Source: an uncultured Candidatus Micrarchaeota archaeon (GTDB taxonomy: Archaea; Micrarchaeota; Micrarchaeia; Anstonellales; Bilamarchaeaceae). From it: 64,000 nt of DNA. Below are positions 1 through 9,122 of the stretch, piece by piece (within the stretch, counting starts at the first letter, position 1; each line of letters begins with the position of its first letter). The stretch spans positions 80,543 to 144,542 of the forward strand of contig CAVRPK010000001.1 of the NCBI GenBank assembly GCA_963723105.1, read 5' to 3'. The notes under the pieces are model-generated. The model ran no database searches. It was not told the DNA's origin and saw only the letters and a list, made by a program, of their open reading frames with translations. The position numbers were made by a program, and so were the translations under genes.

Positions 1-612
1 ATGACAACTGTTTTGAAAATTACAGAACACGATTTTGATGTTGCGATAGATGCAGCAGTTGCAGTTTTGAGATCAGGAGGATTGATCATATATCCAACAG
101 ATACAGTTTATGGGATAGGAGCAGATGCAACATCTGAAAGTGCAGTAAAAAAAGTCCATGCCCTAAAAGAATCAGATCCATCTAAACCATTATCAGTCCT
201 GGTAGGGGACCTTGGGATAGTAGAACAGTACTGCGATACCGGGATTTGGGAGGATATGATAATTAAGAATTTCCTTCCCGGGCCATATACATTTATTCTA
301 AAAAAACGTGGAGTGCTGGCAGCTTCACAAAATGAAAAAATTGGAATTCGTTTTTCTGAAAATTTGTTCTGTCAGTATCTTACACAAAAATTTGGCAGGC
401 CAATAATAACAACAAGTGCAAACAAAACAGGAGACGCACCTCCAGTTAGCTTTGATGAGGTTAACTCAAAAATAGTCGAAGGCGCAGATCTTGCAATTGA
501 TGGAGGGCAAACAAAATACAAGGGACCATCTCTTGTTATTGATTTGATTACACATAAGATGATCCGAGATGGAGGGCAGGAAATTGACCTTCTCGAACTT
601 CCTGAAATTTAA
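1..612 (+). CDS. tsaC: L-threonylcarbamoyladenylate synthase, YrdC/Sua5 type (t6A pathway)
   Basis: 203-aa ORF with family motifs IIYPTDTVYGIGADA and PIITTSANKTG. There is no C-terminal Sua5 domain. The ATG sits at nt 1, so the N-terminus may or may not be complete. Confidence 0.85.
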   Translation: MTTVLKITEHDFDVAIDAAVAVLRSGGLIIYPTDTVYGIGADATSESAVKKVHALKESDPSKPLSVLVGDLGIVEQYCDTGIWEDMIIKNFLPGPYTFILKKRGVLAASQNEKIGIRFSENLFCQYLTQKFGRPIITTSANKTGDAPPVSFDEVNSKIVEGADLAIDGGQTKYKGPSLVIDLITHKMIRDGGQEIDLLELPEI

Positions 613-1646
613 AACCAGTTATCAAGTTTGCTTTGAGCAGCACGTTCTTTTACTCGCTTTTGTAAATCTCCTATGATTTTTACAATACGATCCTCAGAAA
701 AATCATGCTCGTCCACAAGCAACTTGGAAATAGAATCCGTGTCCAGTTGACCAAATTTGAGATTCTCAACTGGTTTGTATGGAGGATCAAGAAATAAGTG
801 GAATACTTCCTCGGCATCGACCTCAAATTGATAATCGTATTTTTCTTTTACATATGCAATAATCTCATCGAGAGTTTTGTGCTCTCGCACTATTTTAAGA
901 GCGGTTTTTGGACCAACCCCACGGATTCCTTCATTGAAATCAGTACCAGAAAGCATTCCGATAAATATCAACGATGTACGATCAATTTGCAGCGATGAGA
1001 GGGTTTCTTTGAGATTGATTAGTTCTGGCTCAACCATAATGTACCTATTTTGACGAGGAACTTTTCTTCTTCCAGTTATAGATAGATTTCGAAGAAGAAG
1101 GGGAGAGCCGAACATCATAGCATCATAATCCTGAGATGCAGTAGCATGTGCAAGGCCTTGCTGAACCATAATGGCAGCCTGCGCTTCACCATCTGAGGGG
1201 GCCTGTACAACGGGAATTCCCATGGACTCGAGAAGCTGCATGCTCTCCTTCACCATTAGAGGGGTTAATCTTGATGTTGCTTGTGCAAACTTTCTTGCAT
1301 CAGCATATTTTTCTTGCTCTAGTGCTTCTTTCCATTTCTGCTCTGCCTGTTTTTTTATTGCCTTTCGCTCAGTTTGAACCTTTTGTTTCAAAGGGTGTGC
1401 CTTGCCATCAAAAACATATATGGGTTTAATGCCAGCATCAAGAAATTTGGCATTTCTGTAGAAAAGACCCGAGAGATGAGCAGTGATATTTCCCTTAAAA
1501 TCACTTAGAGGGGTCCCATCTTCCTGCCTTATTGAAGCTAAGAACTGATAGATGATATTGAATGCATCAACAGCAATGATTTTACCAGAAAGTGAGGGAA
1601 GAGCAATCGTATTTTTAACAGCCAAATCTCCAAGGTCTACTCCCAT
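609..1646 (-). CDS. fen: Flap endonuclease 1 (FEN1)
   Basis: 345 aa starting MGVDLGDL. XPG-N/I motifs VFDGKAHPLK, APSDGEAQAA and SQDYDAMMFG are present, plus a C-terminal PIP-box-like QSKLDNWF. Confidence 0.95.
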   Translation of the reverse strand: MGVDLGDLAVKNTIALPSLSGKIIAVDAFNIIYQFLASIRQEDGTPLSDFKGNITAHLSGLFYRNAKFLDAGIKPIYVFDGKAHPLKQKVQTERKAIKKQAEQKWKEALEQEKYADARKFAQATSRLTPLMVKESMQLLESMGIPVVQAPSDGEAQAAIMVQQGLAHATASQDYDAMMFGSPLLLRNLSITGRRKVPRQNRYIMVEPELINLKETLSSLQIDRTSLIFIGMLSGTDFNEGIRGVGPKTALKIVREHKTLDEIIAYVKEKYDYQFEVDAEEVFHLFLDPPYKPVENLKFGQLDTDSISKLLVDEHDFSEDRIVKIIGDLQKRVKERAAQSKLDNWF

Positions 1647-2117
1647 TTACTCCTGCTCCAGCATATCCTCAAGTGTGGGTTCTTTGAAATTCTTCACAGA
1701 AGTAACAGTAGAGGGACCAGAACCAGGTTTTTCTATAAGAATAATTTTTAGCTCTTTTTGAATTTTCTTTGCAGTTTCAAGTGTTGGCATAATCCGGCCA
1801 CTTTCTATTGCATGCATATAATTTCCCCTTTCCATGATGCGAGAGGCAAGCTCCTCGATTGTCAACCCTGCTTTTTGACGCGCTTTTCTAATAACAGTAC
1901 CCCAATTTTCAATAATCTCCTCATCAGTAGCAGCATTTTTTGGAAGAGGTTTTGCTGGCATTGCCCTCAACGGTTCGTTAGAATCATCACCGTCCCTAAA
2001 GTAATGTATTACTTTTCCACCTTTCATACACCTGGAACAAGCAAGCATTTTCGCACCTTCAATAAGAATTTGTGCTCTGATGGGCGAATTTCCACAAATA
2101 TCACAAGAAAGATCCAT
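1647..2117 (-). CDS. Archaeal multiprotein-bridging factor 1 (Zn-ribbon + XRE-type HTH)
   Basis: N-terminal CDICG...CSRC zinc ribbon and an HTH region IRKARQKAGLTIEELASRI. The track's first codon (2135) is TTG. I prefer the ATG at 2117 because a TATA box lies about 26 nt upstream of it. Confidence 0.8.
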   Translation of the reverse strand: MDLSCDICGNSPIRAQILIEGAKMLACSRCMKGGKVIHYFRDGDDSNEPLRAMPAKPLPKNAATDEEIIENWGTVIRKARQKAGLTIEELASRIMERGNYMHAIESGRIMPTLETAKKIQKELKIILIEKPGSGPSTVTSVKNFKEPTLEDMLEQE

Positions 2118-2139
2118 GAAGAAATGTTTGTTCAATAGC

Positions 2140-2147
2140 TATAAAAA
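2140..2147. promoter_or_regulatory. Single TATA box (TATAAAAA) shared by divergent leaderless genes
   Basis: It is the only A/T box in the 52-nt intergenic region. Its centre (2143.5) is exactly midway between the minus ATG (2117) and the plus ATG (2170), 26.5 nt from each. Confidence 0.6.
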
Positions 2148-2169
2148 TCCCTAACCCCAATCTAGTTCT

Positions 2170-3315
2170 ATGATTATTTTAGGAATAATAGTAGCGATAG
2201 CCATTGGCTTGTTCTGGCTTATTTTAGAGCAGGACATACCAGGACTGTGGAAATTCTTTCTAGTATTTATTGAAATGCTTGCAGTTAGTCAAATATTTAT
2301 CAAAAGATATAAGCTTCCAAGTGAACTTGGACTTGTCTTGATAAAAAGCAAAAGAGGGATAGACCTCATTGATAAAATTTCAAAATCAGGAAAAATATTT
2401 GATTTTTTATCTGATGTTGGAAACTCGATTGCATATGGTCTTCTTAGCCTGGTCATTACTAGAAAAAACACCACGCCAGTAAAATTGGTTCTTGGACTTG
2501 TGATACTCGCAGTTGTTTCTCTATTGGTTGCTCCTACTGCATGGTTCCTTTTATCCGGACTTATGGGGGTTGGAGGCGCAGATGGAGACTCTGTAAAATC
2601 AATCTCAAATGATAGTGGGTTAATCAGCCTCCCAGTAGTTTTAGGACTTCTGTTCATTGGAGGATTGTTCTTGTTCATACTATTTGGAATTGTCTATTAT
2701 GGAGCAGTTGTGCTCAGCCGAGTAATCAATTACCTGGCCTTTGGAAATACAGAAATACTGACTACTGAACCAGGCGGAACATTCCTTCTTCCTGGAGTAA
2801 ATTTGCCGCTTTTTGAAGGAATTATTGCACTTACGATAGTAATGATTGTGCATGAAGGAGCTCATGCCATACTTGCCAGAATTGGAAAAGTTCCGATCGA
2901 ATCATCTGGAATAGTCTTATTTGGGATTATACCTGTCGGAGCATTTGTAGAGCCGGACGAACAAAAATTAAGCAAAACAGATCAGGTCAGGCAAACACGG
3001 GTTTTGGTTGCAGGAGCAACATCAAATCTCCTTACAAGCTGTCTTGTATTTGCATTGTTCTTTGCATTTGCATGGACTGCAAATGGTTTTGGACTTGGCC
3101 AAAATGAAGCGGTTATGTTTGTTAAAACTACACTCATGCTTACATTTGCACTGAATTTCATTGTAGGGGCAGTTAACTTATTGCCACTCCCAGTTTTCGA
3201 TGGATATAGAATAATCGAGACAAACATAAAGAACAAATTAGTAGTTCGAGCTATTATGTACGTGGCACTGATTTTCTTTGCACTGAACTTCCTGCCCTGG
3301 TTCTTCCACGCTTAG
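2170..3315 (+). CDS. Site-2 protease family (M50) intramembrane metalloprotease
   Basis: 381-aa multi-pass membrane protein with the HExxH motif HEGAHAILAR and a second M50 motif NLLPLPVFDG. Confidence 0.85.
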   Translation: MIILGIIVAIAIGLFWLILEQDIPGLWKFFLVFIEMLAVSQIFIKRYKLPSELGLVLIKSKRGIDLIDKISKSGKIFDFLSDVGNSIAYGLLSLVITRKNTTPVKLVLGLVILAVVSLLVAPTAWFLLSGLMGVGGADGDSVKSISNDSGLISLPVVLGLLFIGGLFLFILFGIVYYGAVVLSRVINYLAFGNTEILTTEPGGTFLLPGVNLPLFEGIIALTIVMIVHEGAHAILARIGKVPIESSGIVLFGIIPVGAFVEPDEQKLSKTDQVRQTRVLVAGATSNLLTSCLVFALFFAFAWTANGFGLGQNEAVMFVKTTLMLTFALNFIVGAVNLLPLPVFDGYRIIETNIKNKLVVRAIMYVALIFFALNFLPWFFHA

Positions 3316-5011
3316 GCATGTAAAGACCAATCATGGTATTGAAGTAATAGTTTTGGATTTTTTTCCTTTTTCTGTTTTTTGCTTGTTTTATTTTTGATTG
3401 GATCTTTGCAGTTTTTTTAAGTAAAGTTTTCTTTTTCCTAGACGTTTGAAGCTCTTTCTTTGTTTTGGTTTTAGAAATAATTTTCTTGGCAGATTTTACT
3501 TTGATTTTTGGAGCAGATTTTGGTTTTGTTTTTCCTGATTTCATAGATTTCTTTGGTAAAATCTTGGGCTTTGAGGAGAGCTTTGTGGATCTTGGTTTTT
3601 TTGTCTTTGAGGAAGGTTTCTTTGTTCTAGAGCGTGCAATTTTTGGTTTCTTTGTCTTTGGTTTTTGGATTTTGCATTTGGCTTTTTTAGCCCTGGATTT
3701 TTTCTTTTGATTAGTTAAGGGCGATAGTCTTAGTCTTTTCGCGCTTTTAGCAGCTCTCGTTTTTATTGTTCTTCGCTGCTTTTTGGAAACTTGCTGCGGA
3801 GTACTTTTTGGAGATTTGATTTTTGCCTGAGTAGATGATATGGGTTTTTGATTTGGCTGATTTGGAAGTTCTTTCTTGATTGGCTCTGGCAAAGGGTTTT
3901 TTATTATAGGCAAAATTGTCCTTGAAATTTTTGGAATGAATAATGGAGCAGTAGGCATTTTTAGTGAACTGTGAACTCGTTGAATTTGAGGACTAGGTAG
4001 AGTAGGTGAATTGATTGGAACAGAATGAGAAACTTGATCAGGGCGTTGAATCGATTCTCCTCTTTGCAAAGAAGGTTGTTGCTCTGAAAATTCACCGCAT
4101 CCATCAAATGGAAGATAATTAACCCTGATTGCACTTGTTATTTTTCCATCAAAGAGCTTGATATGAGAATATGGAATTCTGGAGTTAGAACCATCAAACG
4201 GAATATTCATAGTTCCAATATCAGTGGGAAGAGATAAGCCAAGTTTAACCTGCTGAGGCTGTATAATAGGAAGTAGTTGGAATTGGGTTTGATAGGCAAA
4301 ACCCTCTGCTGCGATATTTCCGGCAAATTCTGCTGCTGTTTTTATCTGACCGCTTTCGCGCCCAAGAATTAAGACGCTACTATCTGGAAGCATGAGTTTT
4401 TCACTGCGGACCCCGCCATGCGACTGCTCAATTTCTTCTTTGGCAGACCTGCTCAGTACAGTACCATTTTTGTATAAGCCATTGAGCTCAGAAAATGATT
4501 TTGGATCTACATTAAATTCAACTGCTGAGAGCGATAAGTCCTTGATATTAGAATTAATTCTTAGCTCTTCTCCATTTGGAAAAACTACCCCATTATCTTC
4601 AGCAGCAGCCATTGGAATTCCATCTTTTCCTACAAAGAAATGAATACCTCCTGTTGAAGAGGATGCAGTAGATACGGCATCTCTTTTTACAGAAGCAGAA
4701 TCATTAAAATCAGAAAAATCAGCTTCGGCAACTCTTTTTGGATCGTTCTTAACCAAGAGTTGATTGCCCACCTTAACAGCAACGATTTCATAGGTTTTAA
4801 ATTCAGGATAATATACTTTTGCAACTCCCCCGCCGTTTTCTTTTGCAACTTTTTCAATCAGCTGCTCAGCACTGGCTCCTTCATGTATTAGGGTGCGAAA
4901 AGTTTGTCCATTTAGAGAAATACTTGCTTTGACCAAAAGTGGCATTTTAGGCATTTGTCTTCTCTGAGACGTGGATAGATTTGGATGTAATCGCATTCTA
5001 GAATCCGCCAT
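3254..5011 (-). CDS. Hypothetical protein with a long lysine-rich (H1-like) C-terminal tail
   Basis: 585-aa ORF. I recognise no motif in the N-terminal ~340 aa. The last ~220 aa are K/S/T/P/R-rich (KKPK, KTKK, SKPK runs). The 3' end overlaps the convergent M50 protease gene by 62 nt. Confidence 0.6.
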   Translation of the reverse strand: MADSRMRLHPNLSTSQRRQMPKMPLLVKASISLNGQTFRTLIHEGASAEQLIEKVAKENGGGVAKVYYPEFKTYEIVAVKVGNQLLVKNDPKRVAEADFSDFNDSASVKRDAVSTASSSTGGIHFFVGKDGIPMAAAEDNGVVFPNGEELRINSNIKDLSLSAVEFNVDPKSFSELNGLYKNGTVLSRSAKEEIEQSHGGVRSEKLMLPDSSVLILGRESGQIKTAAEFAGNIAAEGFAYQTQFQLLPIIQPQQVKLGLSLPTDIGTMNIPFDGSNSRIPYSHIKLFDGKITSAIRVNYLPFDGCGEFSEQQPSLQRGESIQRPDQVSHSVPINSPTLPSPQIQRVHSSLKMPTAPLFIPKISRTILPIIKNPLPEPIKKELPNQPNQKPISSTQAKIKSPKSTPQQVSKKQRRTIKTRAAKSAKRLRLSPLTNQKKKSRAKKAKCKIQKPKTKKPKIARSRTKKPSSKTKKPRSTKLSSKPKILPKKSMKSGKTKPKSAPKIKVKSAKKIISKTKTKKELQTSRKKKTLLKKTAKIQSKIKQAKNRKRKKIQNYYFNTMIGLYMPKRGRTRAGSSVQRKSVPRT

Positions 5012-5043
5012 GGCTCTAGATAATGCACTGCAATTTTTTAAAC

Positions 5044-6915
5044 CTAGATGATAGGCCTTTTGGAAAGTGCTCTTGGAAGAGTGAGTTTTTCAAATGGTTT
5101 GCCTTTGTTCTCACTCTCAATCATTGAGGTTAATTCTTCGAGGCTAAGATCCTTTTTCTCTCCGGTCGATCTTATAGTAACAGAAAGTTTTCCAGATTCG
5201 AGTTCTTTATCTCCTACAACTGCAATGAATGGGACCCATTCTTTTTGAGCATCTCGGATTTTCTTTCCAAGAGGCTCATCCCGATCATCATAATCTACCC
5301 TAACCTCGCAAGAAGAAAGTTTTTCAATAAGTCCGCTAACATGATCCTTCTGAGCTTCTCCAACAGGAATAAGCCTAAGTTGAGTTGGGGAAAGCCAGAC
5401 TGAAAACATTGCCTTTTTTCCTTTGGCCATTTTCATTGCTTCGGCCTCAAGAAGAGCATAGATAACTCTTTCAATGCTTCCACTGATTGAGGCGTGAAGA
5501 ATTAGTGGTCTTGTCTTTTCACCTTCAGAATTTACATAGTTAATATCATATGTATCTGCATTTTCAACATCGATCTGAACAGTTGTAAGTGCACTTGCTT
5601 TGTCCATGCTGTCAATGAAATTGAACTCGAACTTGGTGATGAAATATGCATACCTTTCTTTGAATAGTTCAACTAGGATTGGTTTTCCACCTCTCTTGAC
5701 CATTGAGACATACCATTCTTTGTTCTCGTTGAAAAAGTCTTCCTGGATTCTGAATGCAACTTCAGTTTCAAGACCAAGTACGTCATTCCACTTAAGCCCC
5801 ATATCATATTGGGCTTCAAATTCTGTTTGTGCCTGGCCCATATCAGCTGCAAGTGTATGCATATCAGGCATTGTAAATGCACGAAGTCTTTTGAGACCGG
5901 TAAGTTCACCGCTTTTCTCTCTTCTGAAACTATATCTTGTGAGCTCAAACATCTTGAGCGGAAGATGTTTGTAGGAAGTTACCATGTCATGAGAAATCAA
6001 AAACTGACCAAAGCATGCGGCAAATCTAAGGAAAAGTTTGCGATCTTCGCTCAAAACAACATATTGACGGGCTGGGAATCTATCAAGATATTTCTTGAGT
6101 GTTGGATGTTCAAAATCATACATGATTGGAGTTTCAACTTCCATAGCACCATCGTCAATGCACCAGTCAGTGATCATGCGCTCAAGTATTTTTTTCACCA
6201 GTCTGCCGTTTGGCAAAATCCGGAAATTTCCAGGATCAGAACCAGGTTCATAATCAATGAGAGAATGCTCCTTCATCATTTTGATATGTGGAGGTTCCTT
6301 GGAGTATGCACGAACTTTTTTTGTTTCGTATTTTGCAAGCTTTTCAAGGCCAGAATATTTGCCAAAGTTAAATTTTTCAATTTCATGCAACTGACCATCA
6401 AGATCTAGGATCATGAATCTGCTTTTGAGTTCATCTTCTTGTTTCAGACTCTTAGAAACTTCTTCAACTTCATTTGCACTTACATCAACAGTACCAGGAC
6501 CACAGAATTCTCGAGAAAGTTCGGATAAAGGATGTCCTTTGCATTTGAGTGTGTAACCTTTGTACCATCCAAAAGGAGAATGAGAAGTGTCATAGCCCAT
6601 TTCTATCAGTTTTGCTTCTGATTTTGAGAGAACAGATTGTGCGACTCTTGGAGGAGAGGGTTTTGAAGTGAGATGAACAAGTGGATAAAGAAGAATGTTC
6701 TTTGTTTTTACTTGTTCTGCAATCTTTGCAACTTCCTCAGATAATCTGGAAGCAGCAACATCAGCATCCTCATCACCAGCTTCAACAGCAGTAAATACAA
6801 CAAGCACTTCTTCGAATCTTTTTTTTCCTTTGTCACTTAGTTCTTCTGCATCCTTTACGGCTTTTTTCATTGGTTCTACTTCTATAAAGTCAGAATGTAC
6901 TGCAAGAATTCTCAT
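5044..6915 (-). CDS. thrS: Threonyl-tRNA synthetase, archaeal type with N-terminal editing domain
   Basis: 623 aa. The N-terminus MRILAVHSDFIEVEP is typical of the archaeal ThrRS editing domain. A class II core (FRREKSGELTGLKRLRAFTMPDMH) and an anticodon-binding C-terminus follow. Confidence 0.95.
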   Translation of the reverse strand: MRILAVHSDFIEVEPMKKAVKDAEELSDKGKKRFEEVLVVFTAVEAGDEDADVAASRLSEEVAKIAEQVKTKNILLYPLVHLTSKPSPPRVAQSVLSKSEAKLIEMGYDTSHSPFGWYKGYTLKCKGHPLSELSREFCGPGTVDVSANEVEEVSKSLKQEDELKSRFMILDLDGQLHEIEKFNFGKYSGLEKLAKYETKKVRAYSKEPPHIKMMKEHSLIDYEPGSDPGNFRILPNGRLVKKILERMITDWCIDDGAMEVETPIMYDFEHPTLKKYLDRFPARQYVVLSEDRKLFLRFAACFGQFLISHDMVTSYKHLPLKMFELTRYSFRREKSGELTGLKRLRAFTMPDMHTLAADMGQAQTEFEAQYDMGLKWNDVLGLETEVAFRIQEDFFNENKEWYVSMVKRGGKPILVELFKERYAYFITKFEFNFIDSMDKASALTTVQIDVENADTYDINYVNSEGEKTRPLILHASISGSIERVIYALLEAEAMKMAKGKKAMFSVWLSPTQLRLIPVGEAQKDHVSGLIEKLSSCEVRVDYDDRDEPLGKKIRDAQKEWVPFIAVVGDKELESGKLSVTIRSTGEKKDLSLEELTSMIESENKGKPFEKLTLPRALSKRPII

Positions 6916-7030
6916 ATGAACCTACCTTTGTAACGATATTTGAGGTAATAGTATTAAAAGCGTGTATCGCACGAGCACATAGAGTATCATCTGGGAAGGA
7001 TATTTGGTGCTGAAAGGAAAGCATGTAAAA

Positions 7031-7528
7031 TCAGCTTTTTATATAATCAAATGCCTTGTGCTTTTTCTTGATTTTCACATACTTCTTGATGAATGTGAGG
7101 AAAACAACAGGCCTCTCAAAAATAAATCGCATCTCTCTTTTTCTAAGGATAAAACCCAAACGAAGAAGAAGCATTTGATCCTGGTAAGAAAGATTCCCAA
7201 TAGAAACAATCCCCTTTTCATCAATAGTCCCAGAAGCATCGAATAGCCCGGCCAGATAATTTGCTGCATATTCATTGAGATACTTAAAGCGCTCAAGCTG
7301 TTCTTTTTCAATTTGTTGAAAGAATTTTCGATAAGAAGAATGATAAAAGAAAACGCGGCCATGTTCAGTTAGTAGCTTGTCTGTTGTAGTGAGTTCTTGG
7401 TTTAGAATTTCCATTGTAAAAACTTCAAGCAAGATATCATCTCCACGAACACCTATTCCTTCAATAGTCTTGGTTTTTCTCCAAAGACCAATAATGTATG
7501 ATAGTTCAGGAGTTAGTTTTATTTTCAT
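7031..7528 (-). CDS. Free-standing LAGLIDADG-family homing-endonuclease-like protein (first motif degenerate)
   Basis: 165 aa. The second motif, NYLAGLFDASGTI, is clear. The first is weak (SYIIGLWRKTK, no acidic residue). The gene sits between thrS and a hypothetical gene and is not inside a host gene. Confidence 0.6.
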   Translation of the reverse strand: MKIKLTPELSYIIGLWRKTKTIEGIGVRGDDILLEVFTMEILNQELTTTDKLLTEHGRVFFYHSSYRKFFQQIEKEQLERFKYLNEYAANYLAGLFDASGTIDEKGIVSIGNLSYQDQMLLLRLGFILRKREMRFIFERPVVFLTFIKKYVKIKKKHKAFDYIKS

Positions 7529-7555
7529 TTAAATCGCCCATATGAACAAAGCTGT

Positions 7556-8044
7556 TCATAGTCTTGCTTTTTTCTTTTTCTCTGTCTTTTTTGGTTCTAT
7601 GTTTGGATTTTCTTCAAACTTCACTGTTTTCTTTGTTGGAACGCCAATATCAACTCTTCGCGTACCATCTATGAACTCTTTTATTTCTTCGGCTAAAAGT
7701 TCATCCATTTGCATAGAAAACCACCTAGTTGTTTTTGATGAGATATAAGCCCGATCAAATATTTCTGAGAGCTCGGAGCGCTCCGAATTAGTAAATGGTT
7801 CTTCGTCATTGGAGATTTTATCTTCAGCATTTTTGAGCAGGTTTCCAAATCTCTCAACATCAGCATCACTGGAGCCGCCAGCTGTCAAGGCAGATAAAAT
7901 TCCTTTTGCTAAAACAGTATTTCTTTTTCCTGTTCGGATTAACAGGTTATCTAATTTTTTTAAATCTGCAACAGCCAGACCGCCTTTTTTAGCAGCATCA
8001 GTAACACGACGTGCAAATTTGAAAAAACCTCCTATGAAACGCAT
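7556..8044 (-). CDS. Hypothetical protein with N-terminal amphipathic helix and K-rich C-terminus
   Basis: ORF 7556..8098. I prefer the internal ATG at 8044 (MRFIGGFFKFARRV). No family motif recognised. Confidence 0.45.
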   Translation of the reverse strand: MRFIGGFFKFARRVTDAAKKGGLAVADLKKLDNLLIRTGKRNTVLAKGILSALTAGGSSDADVERFGNLLKNAEDKISNDEEPFTNSERSELSEIFDRAYISSKTTRWFSMQMDELLAEEIKEFIDGTRRVDIGVPTKKTVKFEENPNIEPKKTEKKKKARL

Positions 8045-8123
8045 GAATATCCATCGGGATAACTCGCAGAATATTAATAAATTAATGCTAAAAAACAAGT
8101 CATTTAAAGCTGAATCAACAAAG

Positions 8124-9116
8124 ATGGATAATATGAAGTATAATGTAGACGTGGGAGAAGTTAGAAAGATTCAGACTAGTATTTGGGATCGTATCAAAAC
8201 CACATTTGCGTTTAGAAAAGGGTATGGAGAAGCAGTTCCCATATTTGGCCACTATGGTGGAATTTTCAAATGCGGGGAAGAACAACTGGTTATCCACACA
8301 GATGGAGTTGGAACAAAATTACTTGTTGCCCAGGCTGTTGGAAAATACGATACAGTTGGTATTGATGCAATTGCCATGTCAGTTAATGACATCCTCTGTG
8401 TTGGTGCAGAACCACTTGTCGGAGTAGATTACATTGCACTTGCCAAAGAGGACAATGCATTAGTTGAGCAGATAATGGATGGCCTTGTTAAGGGTGCTGA
8501 GGAAAGTAGCTGTACAATTCTTGGTGGGGAAACAGCAATTGTTCCAGACTTATTGAAAGGAAATGCATTTGATTTAACATTCACAGTTGTTGGAAGAGTA
8601 AAAAAACTTATTCTTGGTGATGAGATTGCCAAGGGAGATGTAATAGTAGGTTTGGAAAGCTCTGGACTCCACTCAAATGGATATACACTTGCCAGAACTG
8701 CTCTTGATATGAAAGAGTGGGGAAAGGAAATGCTTGTTCCAACAAAAATATATGCAAATCCTCTGCTTGAGGTCATTGATGCTTGTGATGTTCATGGGAT
8801 TGCTCATATCACAGGCGGATCATTTTCAAAATTAACGAGATTGAATAAAAAAGTTGGTTATAAGCTGGACAGTCTGCCAGAGCCAAAACCTATTTTCAAG
8901 GAACTTGCAAAAACAGTCAAGAGTGATCTGGTAATGCATAGAACATTCAACATGGGTGTCGGTATGGCAATAATTCTTCCAGAGGATCGTGCAGACACAG
9001 TAATTAACATTGCAAACAAACATGGTGTTGATGCTGGAGTGATAGGCAGAATAACTGAAAAGAAAGGAGTCTGGATTACCAGCAGAAAAAAAGAAATCAA
9101 CCTTGCATTCGAGTGA
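8124..9116 (+). CDS. purM: Phosphoribosylformylglycinamidine cyclo-ligase (AIR synthetase)
   Basis: PurM motifs HTDGVGTKLLVA, GIDAIAMSVNDI and GGETA. The long 5' extension of the track ORF (from 7809) overlaps the opposite-strand gene, so I chose the ATG at 8124. Confidence 0.9.
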   Translation: MDNMKYNVDVGEVRKIQTSIWDRIKTTFAFRKGYGEAVPIFGHYGGIFKCGEEQLVIHTDGVGTKLLVAQAVGKYDTVGIDAIAMSVNDILCVGAEPLVGVDYIALAKEDNALVEQIMDGLVKGAEESSCTILGGETAIVPDLLKGNAFDLTFTVVGRVKKLILGDEIAKGDVIVGLESSGLHSNGYTLARTALDMKEWGKEMLVPTKIYANPLLEVIDACDVHGIAHITGGSFSKLTRLNKKVGYKLDSLPEPKPIFKELAKTVKSDLVMHRTFNMGVGMAIILPEDRADTVINIANKHGVDAGVIGRITEKKGVWITSRKKEINLAFE

Positions 9117-9122
9117 TTTAAT

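Noticed and set aside
3330-3980. Highly repetitive T/A-rich tract that looked like a non-coding low-complexity or satellite region.
   Set aside because: It is in frame with, and continuous with, the 585-aa minus-strand ORF and encodes its lysine-rich tail. There is no unit-length DNA repeat or spacer structure.
7809-8123. 105-codon 5' extension of the purM ORF.
   Set aside because: The extension overlaps the opposite-strand ORF 7556..8044 and has no PurM similarity. PurM homology begins right after the ATG at 8124.
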